Shown piece by piece: positions 51,481 to 64,000 of a stretch of DNA of 64,000 nucleotides (position 1 is its first letter; every line of letters begins with the position of its first letter). Origin of the DNA: Eledone cirrhosa (Eukaryota); NCBI GenBank assembly GCA_964016885.1, contig OZ024741.1:329840001-329904000 (forward strand), written 5' to 3'. The notes below the pieces were generated by a model that was given only the letters and a program-made list of their open reading frames with translations, did not search any database and was not told the DNA's origin. The translations under genes and the position numbers were made by a program.

Positions 51481-53209
51481 AGCATATAGCAGCTATGACC
51501 ATTCTGTCATTTTTGTATATCAGGGACTATATATCTTGTTCCTGATATACATGGTATCTTTTTAAGTGATTCTCAATGTGAGATGTAAACCCTAGAAAAA
51601 TAAAAATTAAATTTACTTGTCAGACCTATGTATGTTTAGCTGGCTTCCAATGAGGTTGTATCTCATAGGAAGTTTCTCTGTGTTTTAAAGACAGAGACAC
51701 CAGTGTTGTTACAGCTCATACCTATGCAGGTTTAGCTGGCCTTTTACAAGGTTGCATCTCATAGGTTTCTTGCATATTTTACTGATAGGGGCCACAGTTC
51801 TATCACACACACATGTTGTCATTGGTGTTGTTAAAGCTCATACCTATGTAGGTTTAGCTAACCTATGAGGTTGCCTTACATGTTTCTTGGGTGTTTTAAT
51901 TATAGGGGCCCCAGTCCTATCATAATAAGCAATGTGTTATGAAGTGTTTTACTTAAGAATGTAATGCATCAGGAATTAAACATTAACTTATGAGGTGGCA
52001 TTTAAATATGGGGGAAGAAGGGGGTACAATTTTTTACAGATTTTAGTCGAACCTTTTTAACAAGTAGGAAGCCATCAATTTTTTTTTAGTGGGGGACTGG
52101 GGAAAGTCGCCTGTAAATACTTTCTCATTTAAAAGCTATTCACGTGAAATATGTGTAATGCTTATAGTTAAATAATAATTGTTGTGTGTGTGTGTGTGTG
52201 TTTATCGGAATATATGTTTGTATGAACGGGTGACAAGACTATACTGAGACAGAGAAAGACAATAAAAAAGGGTTTGTATGTCTGAGTACTTGTATAGGAT
52301 ATGTGTATGTATGCATATCTGATTGTATGTATATGTATATCTGAGTAATGCGCGGATGTGAAAGAGTGTGTGTGACATCCTAAGAGTTTCAGCTTGCATA
52401 TGAAAAACACACACACACAGCAACAATAACAATACCAACAACATGATGATAATGAAGACACAACAAAAACGATAATTGAATATAGAAATAACGGCCACCA
52501 TATGTTGGAGTAAGAAAGAGAGAGATGGAGGATGTGAAATAGTAATGAGGAGGAGAGAGAGAAAGAGAATGAAACATGGAAGACAAATTGTGATAAAAAG
52601 AAAAAAGAAGAGAAAAACTGGATAGTGAATGAGATAGAAGAATGAATTAAAGTGAGATATATATATAAAGAATAGTAAGAATGAGCAAAAAATAAAGGAC
52701 AGGGGCTGGTTATGGATATAGGAAGAAAAACAGAAAAACGAAGGAAAAAAAGAGGAGAGAGAAAAATGTATGAGAGAGGCAATATTAAAAAAAATCGATA
52801 TTACCGGTCAAATAACAGCCCGATATTTTTTGGTTATTGCCCTCTCCTACTTTCAATTGGAGTAACAGGACCAATAGCCTTCTTTTAGTCGCCAGTTATT
52901 GCTGGCACAAACAACAAATGCTTATTATTTCTTATCTTTTTATTGCTGTCATTATAGCTATTGCCACCATCGTTATAACTTTCTTTTGTTTTTGTGTGTC
53001 AATATATATAAATATATGGTGGAGGTAATAATGTGATGTTTCCGATAAGGTTTTTTTTTTCTTTAGGTTTGTTTTCTACTTGGCCTGTTTAACAAGTAAG
53101 TAAACTGTCCTAACAAGACAACTGGGTCTATAGCCGAGACAGAAGTTACACACACACACACACATATATATATGATTTGGAAGGGTCATGTTGACAATAT
53201 AAACACAAG

Positions 53210-53450
53210 CACCGGTGATTTTCACTTTTATTTTATTATTAGTTAGGTAACTAATCCATCTCTCCGGTTAGTTTAGTAACCGGGTGGTTATTTAATTGTC
53301 AAAAGTTCTTTCGTCACACATCTTGTGACCTTCTCAGTGACTATTATTGCTCTTTTCTGTCTCCTTTGTTTTCATCTTGTTACTAAACTAACCAAAGAAT
53401 AGATTAGTTGCCCAACTAATAATAAAACTGAAGTGAAACTCAACTGGTGG
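53210..53450. mobile_element. Inverted-repeat element (~60-70-bp arms) enclosing a hammerhead-like motif
   Basis: 53219-53280 vs 53379-53438 inverted; minus gtca-CTGAGAA-ggtcac..gtgac-GAAA-gaact-TT-tgac at 53298-53341. Confidence 0.6.
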
Positions 53451-53731
53451 GTATGTTATTCACATGCCCCCCCCCCCCCCCCCCCCCCAAGTATAAAAAT
53501 GTTTCAATACACGATTTCATGTCAGGAATCTTGCAAAACAATTACACACACAAATTTTGTCTCATTTCTTTTCTCTAATCAGTCTCCTCACTTGACAACT
53601 TTCAAAAACGAAGCCAAGCCTGGTGGATTTAACCTTTTTTTAACTAACAAAACTTTTAAGTAACTACACATACAATACACTCATACATCTGTGTGAATGC
53701 ATGTCTGTGTACATACATACATACGTACATA

Positions 53732-53829
53732 CAGGGTGTCCCCCAAAACGTATACACACTTCAACAGCATTCTAATAAATAATACCTGTACAGGTAACCA
53801 AAGTGTATATATTTTGGGGAGACACCCTG
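53732..53829. mobile_element. Tc1/mariner MITE (98 bp)
   Basis: TA|CAGGGTGTCCCCCAAAA...TTTTGGGGAGACACCCTG|TA. Confidence 0.85.
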
Positions 53830-54350
53830 TATATATGTGCGTGTGAGCATGTGTGTAAAATGAACGCCTAACTTTAAAAATAACAAAACTCACAACAAAC
53901 ACTACAACTATAAAGCACTAATCAACAAAGCAACAATTTTTCTCTTTTCCTCTCTCTCTATAAGACGACATTTGCTCGTACTGGGCCACTTTTTATTTGT
54001 TTGACCTGTTTTGGGTTTGTTTATTTCATTTTCTCCTCCTCGTCGTTGTTGTTTTTGAGCCCCAGGTCAACTCAGACACATTTCAATCATGACCACTCCT
54101 TTTTCTTGGACACTGTCATACAAAGTGTCACTACTACTTTTCCAGGACAATTTAAGGGATTTGGCTGCTATTTCTAGCAAGTCTGACAGTCATATAGAGA
54201 GACTTTCTTAGTTCAAACTATTAAGAAAAAAAAAACTCGCATTGATAGCAAATCTTTATGAAGCTTTTTACATGTATTTATTTCTGCCTTAACTGCTTAT
54301 TTTTTTTTAAGAATGAAAAGACAAAGTAAAGATCTCACACACAAATACAG

Positions 54351-54505
54351 CCTTTTCTTCTTTTACTGGTTTTCAGTCATTAGACTGCGACCATGCTGTA
54401 GCACCGCCTTGATTTAGTCGATCATATCGACCCCAGTACTTAATTCATTAAAGTCTGCTACTTATTTTATCGATCTCATTTTTGTTGAACTACTAAGTTG
54501 TAGGA
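54351..54505 (-). mobile_element. SINE 3' part with CR1-like tail
   Basis: TTTCAGTCATTAGACTGCGACCATGCTGTAGCACCGCC resembles the LINE 3'UTR at 1130-1191; ATCGACCCCAGTACT SINE body. Confidence 0.7.
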
Positions 54506-55703
54506 AACACACACACACACACTAGTTCAACAAAATGAGATCGATAATATATATATATATACACACACACACACGACGGGCTTCTGCAGTTTCCGTCTGC
54601 AAATTTCCACTCACATGGCAATTGGTCAACCCGAGGTTATAGTAGAAGGTACTCGCTAATGTGTCGTGTGGGGGATTAAATACATTATATATAGAGGGAG
54701 TAACTTATATGAAATACAGTTTAAGACAAAACGGACACTTGAAAGAAAAGGGGGAAAAGCACACACACACACGCACAAACAGAAAAACATTTGGTGATGG
54801 AAACACGATTGAACTGTTGGTGAAAATTCCTTCTGAATCTTCTGGACTGGTAGAGTGGAAACAATTTGGTAACAGGGAAAAAGACTATTTTGGACATTAT
54901 CCTCATTTTAAGACAGAAATATCCGAAGATATATAGTTCCAAATTACTATTAGATCTGACTCTTCTTTGGAATATATATATATAATGTGTGTGTGTTCTT
55001 CTGTAAAACAATAGAATATTGAGATAGATAGATGATACCATGGCACCAGAAACCTTAATACACAAACACGTTCGTCTCTTTTCGGAGGGTCGTATGCAAA
55101 CAAAAACATATATGTGTGTGTGTGTTTATTTGTGTACATAAAAGCCCTGACAGTGACAAATAGTTAAACATATAATAGTCGTTAAATGCACAAACCGTGA
55201 GACAAATATACATAAATAACTGCATGCACTCAATTGGATATATATATATATATATATACACACATTATACAGTGACAGACTTACATATATTAACAACATA
55301 TGTAAATAATACACAGAAACAGATCATATATATACACACACATGTATATATATATATATACTAGGCATTCAAAAATTTATCTTCGTTGATGTACCCGTCG
55401 ACTGAAATTGTATACGGACACACACACACATGTAGAAAACAAAAGCACAGGCACATGCACTTACATACGAAGACCAACCCACACATACATACAAATGAAT
55501 ACACACACTCATCACACATAGATATAGACAAACACACATATATGTATATATATCCACATACTCTGAGTATGAATCAATGGGAATAAATTGGTAAAAAATT
55601 CTTACGTCACACAGTAAACGTCGGCTGTTTATAACAAAGTGTCAGACTCGCAGGGAAAATAAATTTTACAGAAGGAATTAAAAAAAAATAACAACAACAC
55701 ATG

Positions 55704-55734
<31 letters not shown>

Positions 55735-56751
55735 AAATATATATACATAAGGACCATATATAAAAAAAAAAAAAACTATATAAATGAAATGATATATAGC
55801 AACAACAAAAATGAAGAAAAGTATGAAAATTCGATAAAAAAATAGGATCAGAAAATTCTAAAAGGAAAAGTAATATAAAATACAAAAACAAATGTAAAAA
55901 TAGAAAATAAAAATAATCTCCCCCTTCTCTTCTTTTCCCTAAAAATATTCCAAAATAATAAATAAAAAAATCTAATAAATTAACTTCCCCTCCCACTCCA
56001 CTGTTATTTATTTTTCGTTCTCTTCCCCTCTTTCCCCCGTTTCCCTCTCTTTCTTCCCTGTTCTTCCTTGTGTGTCTCTATCTACTCCCATTCATATCTG
56101 CCTTACTCTCTCATTCCTTTTTATCTCTCTCTTTCTCTGTCATGTTTATCTGTGTATCTCTTTCATTGCTTCCCTGTGTCTCTTTATCTCTCTCATTCCT
56201 CTCTGTATTTTCCCTGTGTCTCTTTCTCATTCTCTCCCCCTTTCTATCTTTCTATCCTATTTGCCTGTCTCTCATTCCTAACTGTTTTTCACTTTTATTA
56301 CTCTGTATGTCTTCTTTCTTTTATTACTCTCTCTTATCTCATTACTCTGTTTATCTCTATACATACCCCATCGTTCCCCTTTATCTCTCTCTCCAACGTC
56401 TCTACCCACACCCCTTGTCTCTGTCTTACGCTGTCTTCCCCTTCTCACCCCCTCTCGCTAGCCTCACCAAAGTTAATTATTCTAAATTGATTAATGTTAA
56501 ATTCTCTGGAATTCTCTGGCGAATTGAAAGATTCAATTTACCAATATTGTGTCAGGGAAACGTGAAGAGGTGGAGCTGGCCGTGACGGCGGCGAATTTAA
56601 AGAAATACGTATACGTACCTACGTATATATATATACATACATCCCAGAATATATATATATATATACGTACAATACATATACTTTCTTTCATATGAAATAT
56701 GAATATATATACACACACACCTATATATATATATATATCCATTTCTCTTTC

Positions 56752-56782
<31 letters not shown>

Positions 56783-57199
56783 ATATATCGTATTTTATAT
56801 TAAAGAAAACATCAAGAAACTGACACACGCATACATTGTGTGTATAGTTGTATTATGTACTGAGTATATCTAGGTATTTATGAGAGAGGAGTGTGTGTAC
56901 GAGAGAGGGAGAAAGAAATTCTTCTTAAGAGGAAAATCTTCCCTTTATCGATGTTATCTTTGCTTTGTGTTAGGAAGGAGAAAATAAAAAGGGGACATTA
57001 GAAAATGGACAACGATGGGACGAAAGGGGGCGGCGAAAACAGGGTTGAAGTAGAATTATATATAGAGAGAGAGAAAGAAAACGAAAGAAAGAAACTGACA
57101 GAAGACAAGCGAGAAAATTAAATAAATAAAAAAATATATTTATTTTCTCCTCATACCCCTTCCTCCTTGTCTGCCACCACCTTCTTCTCCCCTACCTCA

Positions 57200-57437
57200 C
57201 ATATATATATGTAGAGAGATGTATGTATGTGTATACATTTACATATCCACATACATGTAAGGCTACACGCACAAAGATGTGTATGCATGTTATATATATG
57301 TATATATGTGCGTGTGTATATATATACATATATGTATATATGTTTGTATATTTATATGGATATATATATATATATATATATATACACGCACGCACAAGAT
57401 GTATCTATATATGTGTTTATATGTATATGTGTGTGTA

Positions 57438-57516
<79 letters not shown>

Positions 57517-57707
57517 GCACACACACTATGTATCTATATGTGTGTTTATATGGATATTTGTATATGTGTGTATATATATATATATATAGATGTGTATATA
57601 TATATAAAAACATATATATATATATATATATATAACATACATATATATATATATGAATATACATATATATATGTGTGTATTTATATGGATATATATATAT
57701 GCATATT

Positions 57708-57769
<62 letters not shown>

Positions 57770-58000
57770 TATATATATATATATAACATACATATAAGTA
57801 TAACAATATATATATATATATGAATATACATATATATATATATATATATATATGTGTGTATTTATATGGACATATGTATATGCGTATATATATATACATA
57901 TGTGTATTTATATGGATATATATGTATATGCGTATATATATGTATATATATATATATACGCGCGCACGCACACACAAATATATATATATATATATAACAT
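57200..58000. repeat. (TA)/(TG)/(CA) compound microsatellite
   Basis: Direct sequence. Confidence 0.9.
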
Positions 58001-58704
58001 ACACAATTGAGAAATGAAAGAAATCTTAGAATTTTTTTTTAATGTTTAAAAAATGCTGAAAGTAGCGAGTTACACAGTAAAGTCCTGGAGGGGAGAAAGA
58101 GAATGTGAAGATAGAATAGGGAGGAAGGGGATGAGAATGAGGAGAGATATGAAAGGGAGTTAGGGGTGAAAGAAAAGATGTAGCAATGTATAGAAGAAGG
58201 AGGAAGGGGAGGAGAGTAAAGGAAAGAAAAATAAAGATATATGAGGGGAATAAGAAAAGTTAAAAAAAAAACAAAGCCTAGATAGACAGCAGGGGAAGGA
58301 TAATAAGGGGGTAGATGTATGTGTGTGAATGTAGATGTTTGTATATGTGTATATGAATATATGTATGTGGATGTGCGTGTGTGTACATGTTTACTTTAGC
58401 TGGAAATAATGAAATGAGATTTATAAGGAAAGAGATAGAAAAATAAAACAAAAACAAATAGAGATAGACAGATACAGAGAGAAAGAGACATAGATATGAG
58501 ATGGAGAGGTAGCAACAGAGCGAGAGAGACATAGATATAATAGGGAGAGGTAGCTACAGAGAGAGAAAGTGACATAGATATGATAGGGAGAGGTGGCTAC
58601 AGAGAGAGAGAGATATAGATATTAGAGAGAGGGAGGAGACATTTATAATGAGTTGTGGGGTGGATGGAACGTGAATGTAGCTTAAAAATAACAGTAATTG
58701 TTGT

Positions 58705-59175
58705 AGCCACCACCACCACCACTATAACCACTATCATTATCATCACCATTATTTGTTATTGTTAATAGTAGTAGTAGTGGTGGTGATGGTGATAGTTATG
58801 GTGGTATTGGTGGTGGTGAAGTAACAATATTTTTATGGAAATTATTGACATCATCATCATCCTCAAAATCCCTTTATCACCACCATCATCATCACCATCA
58901 CAATCACCATTATTATATTCAGTATGAGCAGTAGTAATTGTTAAATTGTGGTCGCCATCATCACCATTATCATAATCACCATCATCCTCGTCACTAACAT
59001 CATTATCATCATCATCATTGTTATGTAATAAAATTATCTTTAACATCAGTTCCTCCATCACCATCACCAATACATCATTACCATCACCAACATCATCACT
59101 GACAACAGCATCATCATCACCGACACCACCATCACCAACATCATCACCGTCATTACCAACATCTTCATCATCATT
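58705..59175. repeat. Degenerate (CAT/CAC)n trinucleotide region
   Basis: Direct sequence. Confidence 0.8.
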
Positions 59176-59555
59176 TCTTTATTGCTGTTATTTCTTCATC
59201 AGATAGTGAACAGAATGGATCCTGGAAAACAATCCCCCCATCCCTCCCTTCTCTCCCTCCCACCTTCTATAAAATTATATATTTTCAAAATATATTCTAA
59301 TTTATATTCAGTTGCAGGAGAGAGGGGGAGGGGTTAGAATAGGGAGGGCATTGCTCCTGCTGAAATAATTGCTAGAGAATATGGACACACATACATACAT
59401 GAAAATATACACATACATATATGAACACATACATACATACATGAAGCCACTCACACATACACTGTAAATGAATTTTAAAAAAAACAGGTGTATATGTCTG
59501 TGTATGTTTGTGTGTGTATATATATATAATATATATACATATAAAATATAATATA

Positions 59556-59730
59556 CAGTGAAATTCCGTTATAACGAAATTCACGGGTTATAAAAAAATT
59601 TGTTGTAATGAAAAATTCTTTATAACAAGAACAACCGAAGCACATAGAGTGTGTGGAGAGGGATTGAAAATAATTTCGTTATACTGAAAAATTCGTTATA
59701 ATGGTATTTGTTATAACAGAATTTTACCTG
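59556..59730. mobile_element. pogo/Tigger-like MITE
   Basis: TA|CAGTGAAATTCCGTTATAACGAA...TTTGTTATAACAGAATTTTACCTG|TA. Confidence 0.75.
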
Positions 59731-59990
59731 TATATATATATGTGTGTGTGTGTAATAATATATATCATCATCATCACCGTTTAGCGTCTATTTTCCCATA
59801 GACAGTTCATCCACGTTATGGGATACGTCTGGCCAGTTGGCCGTGCCGCACTTGCTCAAATAACTGTATTTAGGATGGCATTTTCACAGTTAGGCGTGCC
59901 CCCAACCACGTTTACGGTGTGGAACTGGGTAGCACCATTATAGGGAGGGTCTGGCCAGTTGGCCTTGATGTACCCTGCTCACAGCATAAG

Positions 59991-60022
<32 letters not shown>

Positions 60023-60034
60023 TGTGTGTGTATG

Positions 60035-60260
60035 TAAAAGGTAAACAGAAATAACAACGCAATCGGTACAGTATATGGAAGGAATATATTAGGTTAACGC
60101 TTGAAATAGCAGAAAGAGGGTCTTGGCGTTTCGGACACTATTCTTTCATCAGAAGAAAGAATGAGAAAAGAGATAGATTAAAGAGACGGGCGGGGTGGAA
60201 TTGGGAAAAATGGCTTTAGATAAAAATAACAGTTCGATTCATGTTGACATCTCTTGCAAA
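60035..60260 (-). mobile_element. PLE terminal-repeat fragment with degenerate minimal hammerhead (~60121-60156)
   Basis: Minus: tctt-CTGATGA-aagaatagtgtcc-GAAA-cg-CC-aaga; homologous to 42950-43170. Confidence 0.65.
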
Positions 60261-60376
60261 ACTGTTGTTGCTGGCGTTTTGAGTATGATTTATTTTAGAA
60301 AAGTAGATGATGGAGCGCGTCTACCTGAAATGGAAAAAAAACGGTTTTGTAAAAAGCGCTATATTTGTGCACGTGC

Positions 60377-60440
<64 letters not shown>

Positions 60441-60444
<4 letters not shown>

Positions 60445-60616
60445 CGAAGGAGGTGTGGTAAGGAACCAGATGGACCATAACGCACCAGAGTACTCAATAC
60501 TTAGGGTAGTAGAGTGGATAATAGGAAAATGTTTGACCTCGACGGCAGAGCTCAAGCCGTTTCGACGGTCGTCAAAACGGCTTGAGCTCTGCCGTCGGGG
60601 TAAAACATTTTCCTAT
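60441..60616 (-). mobile_element. Fold-back PLE-terminus element, copy 3 (96-bp palindrome 60521-60616 plus tail)
   Basis: Palindrome centred on GACG-GT-CGTC; tail shared with the other copies. Confidence 0.8.
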
Positions 60617-60683
60617 ATATATATATATATATATACCCCAATCCACTACCCGCACCCTATCCTCCCACTCCCACCAACAGCAC

Positions 60684-61065
<382 letters not shown>

Positions 61066-61319
61066 CCCATCTAACATCATTTTTTTAATATTCACTTTTG
61101 TTTTTGACAAAAGACTCAGAAATTTTCTTGTCCATACTTTGTTTTGTTATCATCACACATGCAGCTTAACAACAGAGCAGTATCTATGCACAAACTGTCA
61201 TTCCAAGTGCAATGCCACTTTCATGCACAAAATTGCATGCCAACAAGGTGGCTGATGTGATATACATGACACTGTCTTTTCAACTTGTGCAACTATATGC
61301 ATTTTATTCTGATATTTCA

Positions 61320-63972
61320 TATATATAACAATAACAGCAGAGGAGATAGAAATAATAATAATAGAAATAACAGGAACAGCAATGAAAACAATAGACAGAA
61401 CAAGAACAACAACAACTATAGTAATAACAGCAATAAATGTAACAATGCATGTAACAACCACAATAATAGAAATAGCAGTAACAACAATGATAACAATAGA
61501 GAGAACAACAATACATATAACAACCATAACAGAAATAATAATAACGTTAACAGTAGGGAAAACAACAACAGCTATAATGACAATAATAATAGTACACACA
61601 ATTATAATGGTAGATTTAATGACAACCCCCTTAGAGAACCTGTTCTTCAACCCAGCTGACAAAACACAAGATGAACAAGATTTACCCCACTAAATTACGT
61701 TTCAATAAAAGAGTTTGTATACCACAACAAATAGATGACCAAACAGAGGCACAGTTTACCATAGCTAGAAAAAAAACTTAGACAAGTAGTAGAAAATATA
61801 CTAGAAGACAAAACAGACTAGAAATTCAACAACTTGGAAGAAAACCTGTAGAAGGCCTACTTACCCTCATGCAGTGCACAAGGGATGGCGAGATAGTGTG
61901 TCTACCTACAGACAAATCCGGTAAGATGTCAATAGACAGCATGCCAAACTACATCAAGGCTATGCAACCCCACATCATCAACACAAGCGAAACAACACAA
62001 CAGACACACGAGGAAAGAGAAAAGATCCTCAATGCTCACATGATGATGTGGACTGACATCCTAAAACCAAAATAGACGCACAGCCAATAATTTCCAAGTT
62101 TCTAACAATGACCTTCCACACTTATATGGACTCCGGAAAGACCATAAGACAACTAACAAGCCTACGACAGGACCACCAACAAGACCTGTATGTGGAGCCA
62201 ATATTGCTAGTAACTACAGGATCTCTTACTTCCTCTCTATGATTATACGCCCCATAATTAAGATGTCCCCAGATATATGTGACAGCACAGAGGATCTCCT
62301 CAGCAGAGTCAATGAATGCAACAACGAAGACTTAACAAACTACATAATAGGCAGTATGGATGTAGTATCCCTGTACCCATCCATTGACATTGATTTTGTT
62401 GTGGAAAAATATGTGGAAATAATCAGTGAAAGTGAAGTGGAGTTCTGCGACATCGACACAGATGAACTGGGCTTCCTACTTAGACTTACTTATGACACTG
62501 AATACTTAGATAATTATGACCGTAGCTGTTTCTGCCCCAGTAGACCCCCACCATAACCTCAATGGCTAAAAAGACTCCCATAGGAAGATGGAATGGATGG
62601 ACCAAAGCCATACGGACACCCCAAAACAACGATCAGGTGAGAAAAATGGTCACACATGCAGTAGGGGCTAGTATTAAAATTACCCTAAAGGACCACATGT
62701 TTAAATTTAATGAGAAAATCTACACCCAGAATGAGGGAGTAGCCATTGGCGTCAGCATAGCTGGTGATGTTTCCAACCTATTTATGGTATGATGGGAAAG
62801 GAGACTCAGAGAACTCCATAGCCCTCGTCATGTACTCTCGTTACATAGATGATATTAATATAATAATAAGAACACCCCCACAAGAGAGTACCAATAAACA
62901 TGAACTAGAAAATAGCATAATGGAGAGCATCCAGCAGATAGCTAACTCCATACACCAGAGTATAACTGTAACTTGACTACCCTTCCAAACACCCTAACAA
63001 TAGACTACCAGTATTAGACACGGAACTCTGATTAAACACTATAAACGAGAGGGCCCAAATTCTCCACTCACATTATGCTAAACCCATGGCCTCCAAATAC
63101 CTGATACTCAAAAACTCAGCAATGTCCAATAGTGCTAAGTTTAATATGCTGATCGCAGACTTGGTAAGAGTGATGAAGAACGTGTCCCGCATGTGCGACC
63201 CAACAGAAATGGAAAGACACATCCAACACTTCATCAAATGCATGCAGTTCTCTGGCTACAACCAAAGAGACAGAATCAGAGTATACAAAGGAGCCACAGA
63301 GAAATATAAGACCCTCATAGAAATGGGCATGAAAGGAATTTGCCCATTATACAGGAGCAAATCATGGAATAGCTTAGATAGGCCTAAACATAACATAGGG
63401 AAAGCCACTTCATGGTACGACAACCTGAGATACCAGAGTGTCATGTTCGTGGATGCTACCCCTGGAGGGAAATTAGCTAAGCAATGTAGAAAGGCCCTAA
63501 GAAAGACGCATCTAAAGATTAAAGTGGTAGAAAAGCCAGGAATTACCATAAAATCCATTATCAGCAAGACATACCCCTTTAAGAAAACCCAATGTACAAA
63601 TAAGAAATGTGTTATATGTAGAATGAATCCTCAAATAAATTGTAGAACTAGAAATGTAGTCTATAGCATAAGATGTACAGAGGGTACTTGCAGAAACATG
63701 ACAACAACATACATAGATGAGACAGCTTGAAGCATAGGAGAGAGAATAGACCAACACTAGGGGGAACTAAAAGGACAAAAAACGGTTCAGTACTATATGA
63801 ACATGCCAGACAAAGACATGATGATAATATAGACAACATAGAAATTAAAATAATATCTAAACATAGAAATGACTCAACAGGTAGACAGATTAGAGAAGCA
63901 ACTGAAATAGAGCTAAGAAAATCAAAGTTAAACAGAAAAAAAGAATGGAATAACAACAATAACCAATACTGA
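61320..63972 (+). mobile_element. Penelope-like element, decayed (Asn-rich N-terminal linker, RT, GIY-YIG)
   Basis: PTDKSG, LYGLRKDHK, GSMDVVSLYPSID, GVAIG, YSRYIDD, CRTRNVVYSIRC..YIDETA, RQIREA...LNRKKEW; many stops and frameshifts. Confidence 0.88.
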
Positions 63973-64000
63973 CCTAAGGGAAATATAAATAAAGAAATAT

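Noticed and set aside
52168-56585. Hydrophobic F/L/S-rich ORFs (also 24744-26363)
   Set aside because: Translations of GA/CT-rich low-complexity DNA with no domain signature
61198-61693. Asn-rich and hydrophobic ORFs as host genes
   Set aside because: AAC/AAT low-complexity region running into the PLE ORF

Overview
AT-rich, repeat-dominated animal genomic DNA. The SINE and RTE-LINE tail families, huge (TA)n tracts and multi-finger C2H2 gene suggest octopus or another cephalopod; that assignment is inference. There is one convincing host gene: a single-exon-ORF C2H2 zinc-finger protein with 16 fingers (36773-38911, minus). The rest is decayed mobile DNA. It includes two large RTE-clade LINEs (tail-to-tail, with a PHD-type finger inside the RT), further RTE and CR1 fragments, and five Penelope-like element (PLE; RT+GIY-YIG) fragments. 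It also has DD37D maT transposon derivatives, a Helitron 3' end, hAT/piggyBac/mariner/pogo MITEs, tRNA-derived SINEs, and mini- and microsatellites. The most striking unexplained structure is about ten type-I hammerhead ribozyme motifs, many with palindromic stem III and several with the compensatory U3-A8 core. Alongside them is a recurring class of short fold-back palindromes made of PLE termini in (TA)n tracts; three copies of one family are inverted exactly about what looks like hammerhead stem II. A (TA)-rich microsatellite flanked by a perfect 18-bp direct repeat also interrupts a LINE ORF. Most of the ORF track is microsatellite artefact. Boundaries of decayed repeats are approximate and were read by eye.
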